Assembly (NCBI GenBank): GCA_964036045.1
Contig: OZ038378.1
Location: forward strand, 165,540,001-165,604,000
Length of the DNA stretch: 64,000 bases
Source: Eutreptiella sp. 'Long Island Sound 2002'
Taxonomy: Eukaryota > Protista > Euglenida
Direction: 5' to 3'
Shown: positions 37,901-48,111 of the stretch, piece by piece
Numbering within the stretch: the first letter of the stretch is position 1
How the letters are laid out: every line of letters begins with the position of its first letter
Position numbers and translations under genes: made by a program
The notes under the pieces: generated by a model
Told to the model about the DNA's origin: nothing
Databases searched by the model: none
Seen by the model: the letters and a program-made list of their open reading frames with translations, nothing else

Positions 37901-38287
37901 CTGTGACAGAAAGACCTCTGAGCAGCCCTGCCCAAGAATCAACGGTGCTGGGTGCCCAACGTCCCAAGGCAAGGGCCTGATCCGAGGCATAGGGGTCCCG
38001 AGCCCGAGCGTCAAGCAGTCTGGTGCTGAGAAAGCGGAGCTCATCAGCAGTGCCCCCGGATTGAGCGCCGGGTTGTACCACACCCCCGGGGGCAGTTCGG
38101 GGTGTGGAAGCGGGGCGTTCATCACCCACACGGGGGCCCCGGATCGCCATGGGGCCCGGTAGACAGGGAGCGAACAGATCCAGGGGAAGTGGGTGCCGCA
38201 GGCTGAGCCCCTGGCGGGGCAGGAGGATTCGGGTCGGGCGGGGGGCAGCCTTGCCAGCTCCAGTGCATTTTTGAGCACCGGCTGCAT
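34931..38287 (-). CDS. Reverse transcriptase-RNase H ORF of the YR retrotransposon
   Basis: KIDLRNCYW, VPFGWHQAP, QYLDDILF, WMG; RNase H residues in VFADAA...QQSAELFGAL...LILDN...NPADPVSR. The RT/RH part is the C-terminal about 560 aa; the N-terminal half overlaps the YR ORF. Confidence 0.93.
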   Translation of the reverse strand: MQPVLKNALELARLPPARPESSCPARGSACGTHFPWICSLPVYRAPWRSGAPVWVMNAPLPHPELPPGVWYNPALNPGALLMSSAFSAPDCLTLGLGTPMPRIRPLPWDVGHPAPLILGQGCSEVFLSQRLNTLNSPEPRCWHNTFDYSQHRAANQSSFADYLVRSDYARRSPSSPPLFPPSTGPCLREPTVFTNTPHRPPCGAPLPCWPIWQHMSTPTSPLLPLDSQFCQSATYCASARLPPSGNPTYALSDACHSTIPRALTAGSLRPWELGARLGGSVLSPHQRLPAAQTSCPLPRVQQSSSLPCAPSSGVRGRMKPAGTPGAAWEPPFLHGRALPSPSLPSGVDGSLSDKPGTTAVHHWHGTSNSPSICRGRVEPDGWNYVLRRRSNYGRKTCWPWSRVPSQNARPSPWTGTTAMTPPGPLSHDPAPGYWGPLARFVEYAPPLTAGRPSQPGDMLLSGSVDRKTGLRRRFRVPVKPRCKLRARLKPAQAPVSPHSTLPAPEHVRRSVHVALREPTRPETCAQCGVAWHQHLDEFAALFSSHKRVPLPQTRDLVHLWWSEVCKWVYDRPASMRQTIARDADLAESVLHHLATAGPPDSASSPILGSRDHVSIDVARKGIGPAGSVRVPRDLWDLWADPQFALAGSSAPQCPPTHCPKARAMLRALFHDGLLAPTDEPANAQVFVKYKSAEKAALIVNMVNFNRSCASKARRFRLPTLEGLAASLRSICSDVYACKIDLRNCYWSIHLPPDMLNCIRVAAATDRYAFVRVPFGWHQAPGLVQHLIARVLETLPPSSVLIIQYLDDILFVGPRDDVQSMAQSAAHALQQQGYLISPKSDFTPSKNVTWMGKALNLSGPRIAPSVAFVADVVSRWLTVALRPYRFKSLQRLLGKIVWLGRPGASVGAFLAGPRQWLRHGPMSSHRTPFSVVRSLLEAIAASFRGWEPALSSTTPPIRVFADAAPDPQFLGRYMVGLWTRAGPTIRRAPVWVDNQQSAELFGALAALDLVRGIDQPHVELILDNMGAIGQLVWGRAHADLCPQQRILRRLAHKIRWMGAVIHLYYVESALNPADPVSRACYSWSPQSVVLQAHARERLYYKLGSHVSWGHVADRDRAPH

Positions 38288-38741
38288 GGGTATGGCGGGG
38301 GTCCCGACGCATCATAGGTTCGTCCGGTCGAATAAGCTGTATAGAGCGTTTGGGACCCAATCTGCGTGAACCCTCCACGTCGAGTCGGAGTGGGAACTGG
38401 CAACGGGGCAGACTGAGACAGAGAGGGGCCGGCAGTAGACGGTGCCTGAGACGCGAAAGTGGGGGCAGGCGGGGGCTGAGAAGGGTGCGACACCGGGGCA
38501 GCCGTCGCACAGTCCCGCGCCCAATGACCATGAAGTCCGCATCGGAAACATGGACCCGGCGGGCCACTAGGCGGTACAAACGACCCAGGGACCGCCGTGG
38601 ATCGCCCTGGGCTTGCGTGGGACTGACTCTCCGCCGTACGATACAGTGCGCGCCATACATCACGGGCCAACGTCTGTCCCGCACGCGCCAGGACAGCCGG
38701 GTCAGACTTAATGAAGCGCAGCAAGGCCTGAGAAACGTCAC
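36678..38741 (-). CDS. Tyrosine recombinase ORF (YR domain at about 37210-37975; true start uncertain)
   Basis: APSTVDSW (SAM-like N-terminal helix), LLRVSE (Arg), HSKG (Lys), HSWRR (HxxR), WGRW, RYY (Tyr nucleophile). Confidence 0.9.
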   Translation of the reverse strand: MTFLRPCCASLSLTRLSWRVRDRRWPVMYGAHCIVRRRVSPTQAQGDPRRSLGRLYRLVARRVHVSDADFMVIGRGTVRRLPRCRTLLSPRLPPLSRLRHRLLPAPLCLSLPRCQFPLRLDVEGSRRLGPKRSIQLIRPDEPMMRRDPRHTHAAGAQKCTGAGKAAPRPTRILLPRQGLSLRHPLPLDLFAPCLPGPMAIRGPRVGDERPASTPRTAPGGVVQPGAQSGGTADELRFLSTRLLDARARDPYASDQALALGRWAPSTVDSWAGLLRGLSVTATKYPEFTRAQVLAQHIRLLAAQGRKSVIIRGLLSAVRLCEKITLIPPTVSPIHWAMSAGADRIYEHPAPSPVWGTPAMLAHMAAHVDTDLAFVTLGLAVLSVCHLLRVSEVASIRKSDLCTERRLSFYHSKGANRWITAPMGAWGEAWRKRLVSSPAIAGRPDFLPVAAGTAILQSTMRAQLWGTGAHEAGWHSWRRMGAALLAWAGAALTVIAVWGRWLTERQARYYSSPPLAWNVKFPIDLPWPCGTRRVELRPTAAFQLWPENLLALVQGTLAECPPVAMDGDDSDDAPRPPVPRPRSRLLGTTRPVRRVCTPSDSRPPQSARRHASVGVSGSQDRTSSTVPRTRQTPVQTSGAAQARTGPSVATQHFAGTRARAALRSRSPSGAHPSGDLRSVRRRLASTSR

Positions 38742-39252
38742 GTTGCCATACCCAAGGTAACTTGGAGTCCACCAGCTTCAGCAAGGCAGCGTGGTCAAGC
38801 ATGGGCACCGTAGGCCCACGGAGCTCCTGCAGACGGGCCTCGCACTCATCGATTTGCTGCTGCAGCGAAGCCTCCGTAGCAGAAGCGTCAGTATGCTGTG
38901 AGGCTGCCGGCGACTCTCTCGGACGCTCAGTCCAATCGCCAGCGGTAACATCCAAAAAATAGTCAGTGGCAGTTTCGAAGAGAGCGAGCAGGAGTAATGC
39001 TTCATGCTGCTCAAGATCAGGGGCTGCCCATTTCGTAAGCAGATCAACACCCAGAAGGTCGAGACCATCCAATAGAAGTCGGGCATGAAAACGGGCAGCA
39101 ATAGCACCCCTCTCCTCAGCTGAGAGGAACGCCACAGCAGAAGTAGACGGCCCATCGCGCCATTGCCTCCAGCGTTCATAAGGCACTGTGTCCGCTGGGG
39201 GCATGTCAGAGTCGACGGCGAATAGAATCTTCCGCTTTTTGGGATCCGGCAT
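38122..39252 (-). CDS. Gag-like ORF with zinc knuckles
   Basis: Coiled-coil LQQQIDECEARLQEL, CFRCGLHGHWARDC (CX2CX4HX4C) and a second variant CSRCSKMHWSWQGC; ATG about 35 nt inside A1. Confidence 0.85.
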   Translation of the reverse strand: MPDPKKRKILFAVDSDMPPADTVPYERWRQWRDGPSTSAVAFLSAEERGAIAARFHARLLLDGLDLLGVDLLTKWAAPDLEQHEALLLLALFETATDYFLDVTAGDWTERPRESPAASQHTDASATEASLQQQIDECEARLQELRGPTVPMLDHAALLKLVDSKLPWVWQRDVSQALLRFIKSDPAVLARAGQTLARDVWRALYRTAESQSHASPGRSTAVPGSFVPPSGPPGPCFRCGLHGHWARDCATAAPVSHPSQPPPAPTFASQAPSTAGPSLSQSAPLPVPTPTRRGGFTQIGSQTLYTAYSTGRTYDASGPPPYPCSRCSKMHWSWQGCPPPDPNPPAPPGAQPAAPTSPGSVRSLSTGPHGDPGPPCG

Positions 39253-39287
39253 TGTCAAAAGGAATAGACGAGGAAAGCGAAGACAAA

Positions 39288-39456
39288 CAGAATGTGCTGC
39301 TGACTGGCAGCAGGAAAACAGAACATCAACTAAGACAGAGAACGGGGTTGCCTGGGATCATCCCCTCGGTGGTGTTCTGACCCACCCCTCCACCACACAG
39401 GTGTCCTGATCCTGTCACACTGCCTCAAAACTTCAGTTATTTGCATAACTTCAGTT
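39288..39456 (-). repeat. Split direct repeat A1 (5' terminus)
   Basis: 169 bp identical to 34555-34723. Confidence 0.95.
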
Positions 39457-40661
39457 CTGAAAGCACCCATCCTTCTCATTCTTGATATCCCGTAAGCGCA
39501 TGCACGTTTCAGCCTTGTACCTCTGCTTCACCGCTTCACCTGCTGAGGTGTTACCTCCTTCGGCGGCACAAAAGCATTGTGCTTTGTCATCTGCAGCATA
39601 ACGCAGGGCCAAAAAGAGGCAGAAAACACTGCATAAAATTCGAGACAACCCCTCGATCCCTCTCTCAAAGCTGAGTCAAATCAATGGTTTCCACACATCC
39701 AGCAAAATTGTTGGTGAACGCGGGTCTGCTGGGGTGGGGGGCTCCAAATGTGCATGTTGTGGATAATCCAAATTAGATTGTTGGTGGTACGTCAATACTT
39801 TGGTGATGTATGTATTTTGTGTTTACAAAAGCAAGAAGCTAGCGGCAAAAGAGGCCCACAAGGGTTAAAATGGTGGTGAGCAGCTTGGCATGCAAATCTA
39901 AGGATCCTCAGGGCATGCAAAATGGGACCTCTACACCTACACCAAAGACTGTGGTGCCGACACCGGTGCCTCAAACTAGAGGTTGCACAACCCAAGGAGC
40001 CCAACAAAAGATTGGTCGGTGAGTAGGTTTGGTTAGTAGCCCACCACATGACGACCAAGTTGACCCAGAAAACACTTCGCAGCCTACATTGCAAAAGTAG
40101 AGCCTGCAATCAAATGGGGGTGCAAGACAATGGCACAAGACGTGCCATTGCAAAATCTCACGGTAGGCACAAAGCCTACCATTGTGAGATTTGGGAATGG
40201 CACAAGATGTGACGCTGCGAAATCTTGCTATGGCTGGTGTTGGGGTGCGCGCTTGGTGATGGTAGCTTTTACCATAAGTGTAGATCATAGTGGCAGCCCC
40301 AACATTTTCTCGCAACCCCCAGTTGCTTGGCATTGCAAGATTTTGCACGGAGGCTACCACCCTGCACCGCAGTGCAACACCACTAAGCCTACCATTCCGA
40401 AATCTCGTAGAGGAAAGAAACAAGTTTTGTCACATGTACATGCAAATCACAACAAAAGCTGCTCCTTTGAAATCTCGCAACAGCCTGCTTCACGCCATTG
40501 AGAAATTTTGGAATGCGTGACCTCTGTACATGCTGCTCAACTTCCATTCTTCCATGCTAGGGTTTTGACATATTCTACCACATGAGATGGTGTGTGATGT
40601 TGCACGCCAAGTTTCACAGCAAAAGAGTGCTGCATGTTGCAAAACAGCCCCAGCCCCTGAG

Positions 40662-40790
40662 TAAATGGTGGCCCCAAACCCCAAGAAAATGGTGGCCCCA
40701 AGCCCCGAGAAAATGGTGGCCCTAGCCCCCGAGAAAATGGTGGCTCAAGCCCCCGAGAAAATGGTGGCCCCCACCCCCCGAGAAAATGGA
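40662..40790. repeat. About 24-bp tandem repeat, about 5 copies
   Basis: ccccgagaaaatggtggccccaag units. Confidence 0.85.
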
Positions 40791-42026
40791 CTGGCCCTTT
40801 AGGACCGCACCACCCATTTGCAGCGCCAGTGGTACGCCGCACCTTGAAGGGTAAAGTAGGACATGGTTCCACAGGTTGCAAAAACGAAACCAACTGTTCT
40901 TATGACAAGAGGGTTTTCTCGCAAGGGGGGGGGGGGGGGAGTGGCCTGATCACACTGCTTGCTTCCCCTCTGTTATGTACTAGTGATCTTTGTGGCATGG
41001 CATGTAAGCGTGCTCTTGAAGAGTGCAGAACGCTTGGATTCACTTACTACCACCCGTGGTTCGCCCACTGGCACCCAACGGTTCCCCCACAAGGGAACAT
41101 GCCAAAAATGGCCAAGATTATTGGTTGCCCCACCCCTTGGAGGAAGTTTTAAGGAGCACACAGCACACAAGAAGACAGGCACAAAACAAGGGCATGGCAT
41201 GCATAACGTGACCATTACACAACATGTCACCGTGTGGGCTCAGATCTGTTGAAAAGGGCTCTGTATGCCTCTTTTTCTCGCTGGTAGAGCTGACCTTGAG
41301 GAGCGAAACATGGAAGAACTCAACAAGGGCCGCTAGAATGGGCTCACTTGCTGCGGCCTTACCTGCCACCTTGCCTGAGGGTTGGCAGGAGGCTTGGCAG
41401 CACCTTTGGAGCGGGCTTGGCAATAGGTCTGGCTTGGGGCTGGAGCCCTCGTGGCAAACAGTTTTGCTGCAAGAACATCCCTCGTAAAGTACAACATGTC
41501 CTCAAAAACGTTTGTCAAACTCCATACTCCAAAGGCACTCTCCGCCAACACCACCTCAGTGCCTGATCCACTATCATTGCCATCGTCCGCACCACTAAGT
41601 GGGAGTTGTTGCACCGCGCGCGCACCACGCACCGCGCACCGCGCGTCTGCACCGTGGCAACTATTAATGGCCAAACACCGGTGAAACAAACCTTGGTTGG
41701 AAGCACACTACCTGTCTTGCGAGGATTTTTTTGGTGATGAGGGTGCCTCAGCGCACCGCGCGCGCGCACCGCGCGCGCGCACCGCGCGCACCGCGCGCTG
41801 AGGCAGACGCGTCACTTACCGGTGAAATGCACACCTTTTTCAGACAGGTACCGCCGTTCTAAGTCAACCGGGCTACAGTCGCACCGCGCGCGCGCACCGC
41901 GCGCACCGCGCGCGAGGCACCCTCGATGCCAATAATTCCCAAAGGCTTCTGGGTAGTTTTTGTTCTTTCCTGGACGCCTCTTGATGGTTGCAATTATCAC
42001 CGGGAGGGGCCCCAGACATACCCAAA

Positions 42027-42991
42027 GTTTGCACCGCGCCCGCACCGTCGCAAGAGCACCCTCTTAGAAGGCCACTATCAACTGATGTGAGAGACTGCTC
42101 TTGTCTCCTCTTTGCACGGTTCGCGGAGGGAAGTGATGGGGTTGGGTTTTTGTGGCTTTCGCACACGAAGCAGCGACATGCGTGCAACAGCTGCACGATC
42201 ATGTGTCACCACACCACCAGATCGCTCGTGTGTGATGGTCTGGTAGTCAGCGCCACACTCTGACGGACCCTGGAGCTGGGCAACTCTAACAGTGCCACCT
42301 GCACGGGAGCAGTTGACAGTAGCACTGTCTGCGTGTGTGGCATCATTATTAACATTTATGGCTGAAATTGCAAGAGCACTGAGTGATGTGCATGATACAT
42401 GGACAGAGGCATTGCCTGAGATGCACCACACAATGCAAAAATGGGACTGCCATGGACAACCACAGAAATCCCTGAAAGATCACTTACTCTGTGTGAACTA
42501 AAAATGTTCCAGGTGACGGTTCCCCCGCCCCCTCAGGGGATTCGCAAGGGCGGGGGAGTGGCAAAGGGGTGGCGAGGTACGCATGCTGGTCACATTCGTC
42601 AGCCTGCTGAGTGCTCTAGTGACATGCATTGTGGTCCTTGGCGAAGGGTTAGGGGTTCATTTTGTGATGCCACTCTGAAGTATCACGGCAGTTCTATCTT
42701 CTGATGCGTGGGAGCGCAGCAGACTCGCCGCGCCGGTACAATGCGATACTGCAGGGATACCACACCGCTGCCCGACAGCGCAACGGCTTGTCTGGTGCGC
42801 TTTTGAACTTGGGGGCTGCCCTGGTAAAGGTACCCCTTTCCCTATCCCGAAGTCAGGGAAAGCGACGGTCAGAGGGATTCCGTGCTGAGAGAGTGCTTGC
42901 GCCAAAACAGGGGGAAGGGGGGAGGGAGTGTGAAGAGGCCAAGTATCGTGACAGCAATGTTTTCCTCGCAGTTCTTCACTGCGGGTTTACA
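42027..42991. repeat. Inverted copy of 24893-25855
   Basis: See partner feature; flanked on the left by caccgcgcgcg arrays (41600-41920). Confidence 0.9.
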
Positions 42992-45900
42992 GTCCATTGG
43001 GTACCGTGTTGGCAGGTTGTCAGGCTTCCAAACTGCAGGAGTCGCTTCGGGAAAGGGTTTCCCCCCTCCACATCAGAGCGAGAGGTCCCAGCTTCAGCCT
43101 CACATGTCGTCGATGGTTGCTTTCGTAAAAATACGGGCACAACAGGGGGATGCAGGGATGCAATGCCGTAGACGCGCAGGGCGGATGCTGTTGTCTCCGG
43201 GAAATGATGATTTTACAGGGGGTTAAATACGCATCGGGGTACGCGCCGCGATACCTGAAAATCGAGCGGGTTGCATGGCGCCCACACACCTGCACTTGAT
43301 GCAACAACCCTCTTCGAGGTGATTCACAGTTCTTGTTCCTCCGGAAAAAAAATTCGGGTGATGATTCTGGAGATCCCCGAAGAGATGTTCAAGTACGCCT
43401 ACCCCCCAACGGTCGGGGAGAGAACTGTGGGTCATGTACTTGGACAGGGGTAAGAAAGGTGTGGAATACAATGACAATTGTACGGGAAGAAAAAAGCCAA
43501 CCTCAAGAAATTCTGCCTTAATCGTAGTCTCCTGGTCGCCACAAGCGAGTGCATTGATCACATCACATTGCAAGGATTTCAACGACCAAACAGTGACGTC
43601 TTATTCTGTCTTAAAAGCCATTCAAGTTGGAACCAACAAGCGTATCTGCACCATTACACTTCACTTCCGAAAGCGCGCGGGATAAGGCCGCGGTGTGAAG
43701 GAGAGGGGGGAAGGGGTCGCGCTTGCCTGGAAGGCCACAGCTTGCTCACACACACCCACGACATGGCAGTGGACCGTGTACGAAAAGGACAAGTCAATAG
43801 AGGGTTTAGGACGATTGAAGCTTGAGAAATACTTTGCCCTTTCTTGCTGCTCATTAGGTTGCAGCAGGAAAGGCAGGTTTCGCCGACAGTTATGCACTCG
43901 CATACTTGGGGCGCGTGAGCCTGCACAACCCTGCTCTGGTTTATAGTGCCGAAACGGCGGGGTCAAGCAACGCACTTCAGATAAACGGCGCTGCGGTGGC
44001 CACAACGACGTTGCGTCGAACGTACACGTGCTGTGGTACGATAATAGACGTCGAATGTGTCCCATTACAATGGCATAATTGTTCCGCGACCAGAATACCT
44101 TCGACATGCCGATGGATTACTAAATCTTCGGGCATGCTGTTCCAATGACATGCTCTCCCCCCTGTGCCCTCCCCACACTGAGAGGTTATCAAATGATCCC
44201 AGGCCCCCCACGGGGGAAAGGCCAACAAGTGACGGCCCAGTGATTTTTTCGGTTTTTTCACATGGCTATTCATCCAATGCCGAAGCTGAAAACGAGGCTT
44301 GCAACCCGGTCTAGTGTAAAATTTGGTTGGGAACGAGTGGCTGATTGAGTGTGCAACACTACTACTACCACTGTGGCAGTGGCAGCAGTGGCACCACCAC
44401 CACCACCGGTACTATCACTAGGCCTACCGCCACGACAATTTGCTTCCCTTGCCACCTACACCTTGCGGGATGCTCAAACAAGTGGTTCTTAGCCTGGTTT
44501 GAGCCTGTGGTGACCTGTTTCGACCCCAAAAAACTGCCAAAAAGCCTTGACTATAGGCAAGTTTGGGACCAAAACAGGCCTCAGAATGGCCCAAACACGC
44601 CCAGACCCCCGCACCAATGTGTGTTTGGCCGCGGCAAGCCAGCGGAGGGAGCCCGCCCGGCTTGCGTTGCGGCCATTTTTGTCCAAAACCAGGCCAAAAA
44701 TGGTCCCACCATCAGAAACGCTTGAGAGCCTGACGAAACAGCTTGCTTTCTTCATGTCAATGGAAATTGTTTCACCTTGAAACTCTGCAACATGTCTGCA
44801 CAATGCCCCAAAAATGGCCCCAATCGCCCAAAAAAGAATTTGCTGTGTTTTGGCCAGCATAAGCCCCAAACCAAGACTCGCCTGTATCTGAGCTACTTGG
44901 CTCGCAACCCCAACCCCATTCTGAGAGCATGTGGTCCACCCTTAATCCCCCTCTTTTTGTCGGCTCCAACCCTCAAAATGGCCCAAACGGACACCTAGAC
45001 CCACGTGAGCCAGCAATGAGAGCATACCCCGTCTGCAGCGTGGAGGAGAGAAAAGATTGGCGGATACATATGCGTTGATATATATTGTTATGTTTGGCGC
45101 TTTGGGCGGCCATGGGGTGTTGCTAGTGGAGTGGGCCCTGCAGCTCGCTCAGGGGTCGCATACGAGGGACTGGAAAAAAGGCAATGGGCCAGGGGCTTGA
45201 AACTGGATGCCAAAATGAGCCAGCCCACATGAACACAACGGAAACACGGCCATGACCCCTGGAAAATCATTACGCTTGAACCTCAAGACATTGTGGGTGG
45301 ACTGGCCTGGAATTCGCCGGTGGTCCTGGGCTGATTGTGGACTGGACGCCGCCCCCAATCCACTCCAGCTTCGTGCAGGAATGGGTGCACCCTGGGATAG
45401 AATGTTGCAGTGAGCAGAGACCACTCTTACACACATTTTCTGCCTTTCCAAACCACACAAGCTGTCATCTCACATTCTCCACCACAAACACTGCAGTCAG
45501 AAAAGCTGTGAGACAAAATTGCTGTGCTTCGAGCAGCACAGGACAGTCCCCACTCTTCTGGCACCCTGTGCACCACAGCAAATGACTACTGGCGCCCCGC
45601 GCCCTGGGCACCACAGCACAGGATGCCGGGGGGCATCCCTCAGTGTTCAGGCTAACCCCCAACACCCGGGAAATCACGGTCCCTACCAGGGGGTGTGGCT
45701 TAGACCGAGCGTAACAACACAAAAATATCCATACCTCTTATTCGTAAAAAGGGGGGGGGGGCAGTTTGAACCAGATGTGACTTGGATATGCCGGGGATAT
45801 GTTGGGGATATGCCAGATTCATGACCAGTATTATTTACGGCCGCCCAGCATGTCCAGCTAACACCAAGGTGCAAAAAAAAATACAATTCCAACACCACAT

Positions 45901-47056
45901 ATCCGCAGTGTTGATCACACACGTGGACGTGTGGCCAATGTATGAGAGTCCCTTAACACCTCCCTGAGCACAACGCACCAGCCTATAGCAAGCACATCAG
46001 TCATGGTGTGCAAGAGAGGAGCCAAAATTGAGGAGTGTTGTTGCCTCACACCTCGGATTACTCGTTTCATTTTCTTCAGCACAAGACACATCACAGCAGC
46101 TCCTCATTTCTGTAATCCTTGAGTCTAATCTTGCATCTCAAAATTCGGGACCTAATTCAGTTGGGTGCCAAAAAGATACGTTCCAAACATCAAGTGTCCA
46201 TTGGACACCGGACGGGGGCGATAATCGCAGAGGGTCTGTACCAGGTCGCAACCCTAACAGGCCATGCCAGCTTCGACAGGGGATAGGGTGAGAAGGGCAG
46301 ACTGGCGGCAAAGCCGACCGTCGCTGAGGCTACCCCTGTCCGAAACAGACTGAAAGGGCACATGGAACAGAGGGTGTTGCGGGTCAGACGGATGAACTCC
46401 CAGGCGTATTCATTCATCGCGTTCCTGCAGGGCGGCTCCTTTTGCGGCCAGTTCAAGACTCAGGTTCGTCACTCAATGGGTCAGACTTCAGGGCGGATTC
46501 AGGACACTTGGGCTCACGACTGAAGGGGACATATACACTCGGACACGAAGCAGCTTCAGAAGCACCGGACATACCAGGGACACACCACCGTCCCCCACCA
46601 GCTATCGGCCCTTGCCAGCCGCGTTGTTCTGCATCAGGCTTTATGTTGGAGTTACAGATGCTGGTCATCAAACAGGAGAAGGGCAAGTGGCAGTTGGTAA
46701 GCAACTGAGGTACCAAAATTCAACAACCGTAGTCGGTTGCGGGCAGGTCACACTGAGAAACACGGATCAGATGTGGGCGAGTCCTACTGATATGCACATC
46801 GGATGGTGAGTCCTGCTGAGACACTCATCAAATGCAAGTCTCAGAATCAAGGTTCAGTACAGAGCGGTACAGAGGCGACTCCTGCACCTCCAGAAGCACT
46901 AACCCGACGCACGTTGCCGTGCACGGGACCGTTTATGGATTGGCAGCTTGAAAACATGAAGCAATGCAGCGTTGCGAAGGACCGTGGCCCTTCGGTTTGG
47001 GCTTTGGTCTGGGCTTGGCCACAGGTGCTGCAGAAGCCCTGCCCCTGTCCCACGCC

Positions 47057-47647
47057 TCAGAGCTGCCATAGCTCCTGTCGCTCTTCGGGGCACAGCCGCC
47101 ACACGTACGTGCTGCCCGCATACGGTAGCGACCCCGTCGAGACCACGCTATGCACGAATTCATGCTCCGGGCTGCGGAGCGCGTGGTGCAGGTAGCAGCG
47201 GCTGCGGGGACTCAGCTCCATGGACGCTGCAGGCAAGTCCACGCCAGAAGCGCGCTCAACCTCCTCGACATGCCATGCCCAGAACCCACGTTGGGTGCCC
47301 AGAGTTGCGAGCGCACGCGACGTCGCAAGGAGCGCTGGGAGAACCGACAGCGGCAGCCAAGAAGCGAGGTGCTGCCAGATCTCCCGGGGGAGGAGGCTGG
47401 GGACAGCACCATGGTATTGGGTGGCGTGGCTTGGGGGCAGCAGCGAAGCTGGACCCGTCGCACAAGGCAAGAGCTGGAAGATCACTGGGAGGCAGTGGAG
47501 CATGCAGTGCAGGGCCGTGAGCCGCAATTGCTCATGGCGCAAGAATTGCTCGGCGGGGACGCCATGCGAGCGCAGCACAACTTTATTGGAGTCCCATTCA
47601 AGGCGGCCCTGTACTTCGGGAAACATGTACGTGGGTGCGATCCAGAC
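47057..47647 (-). CDS. Exon encoding an F-box motif (terminal exon of a larger gene)
   Basis: Acceptor cactcaacacag|GTC; LLPREIWQHLASWLPLSVLPALLATSRALATL is F-box-like; TGA at 47057. Confidence 0.6.
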   Translation of the reverse strand, partial: VWIAPTYMFPEVQGRLEWDSNKVVLRSHGVPAEQFLRHEQLRLTALHCMLHCLPVIFQLLPCATGPASLLPPSHATQYHGAVPSLLPREIWQHLASWLPLSVLPALLATSRALATLGTQRGFWAWHVEEVERASGVDLPAASMELSPRSRCYLHHALRSPEHEFVHSVVSTGSLPYAGSTYVWRLCPEERQELWQL

Positions 47648-47707
47648 CTGTGTTGAGTGAGTGAGAGAATGAATGCATGAGTGAGAGAGGGGGAAGGAGA
47701 AAAAGGA

Positions 47708-47910
47708 AGGGAGGGAGTGGAGGGAGGGAGGGAGGGAGGGAGGGAGGGAGGGAGGGAGGGAGGGAGGGAGGGAGGGAGGGAGGGAGGGAGGGGGGGAGGG
47801 AGGGAGGGAGGGAGGGTGGGAGGGACGGAGGGAGGGACGGAGGGAGTGGACGGAGGGACGGAGGGAGTGGACGGAGGGAGGGAGGGAGGGAGTGGAGGGA
47901 GGGAGGGAGG
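47708..47910. repeat. (GGGA)n microsatellite
   Basis: Long GGGA/GGAG run. Confidence 0.95.
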
Positions 47911-48111
47911 AGGGATTGGGTTGCATTGGGTTGGTTTGGAGGGGTCGTTTTGGCTGACCGGTTCCCACTGGGACTGCTCGCTCAACTAGCAACCCCCACG
48001 CTGTTCCTTGCACGACCTACTCTTCCATCTCACCTCCATCTCAATGCAAGCACGCCTCGGGTAGCCAATACAAAAATCTTGACCAACAAACGCCCGGTAG
48101 TCCATCTATAC

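Larger units (their letters stand above)
34306..39456 (-). mobile_element. Full-length tyrosine-recombinase retrotransposon (VIPER/TATE-like gene order) with split direct repeats
   Basis: gag, YR and RT/RNase H ORFs. A1 (39288-39456) is identical to A2 (34555-34723); B1 (34721-34845) matches B2 (34306-34429) except for one C in a homopolymer. Order in element sense is A1-ORFs-B1-A2-B2. Confidence 0.95.

Noticed and set aside
39429-39456. Identity with loxP (shares ATAACTTC/GAAGTTAT)
   Set aside because: Only an 8-bp match with different arm length and sequence; not vector contamination, since it is part of both A repeats.
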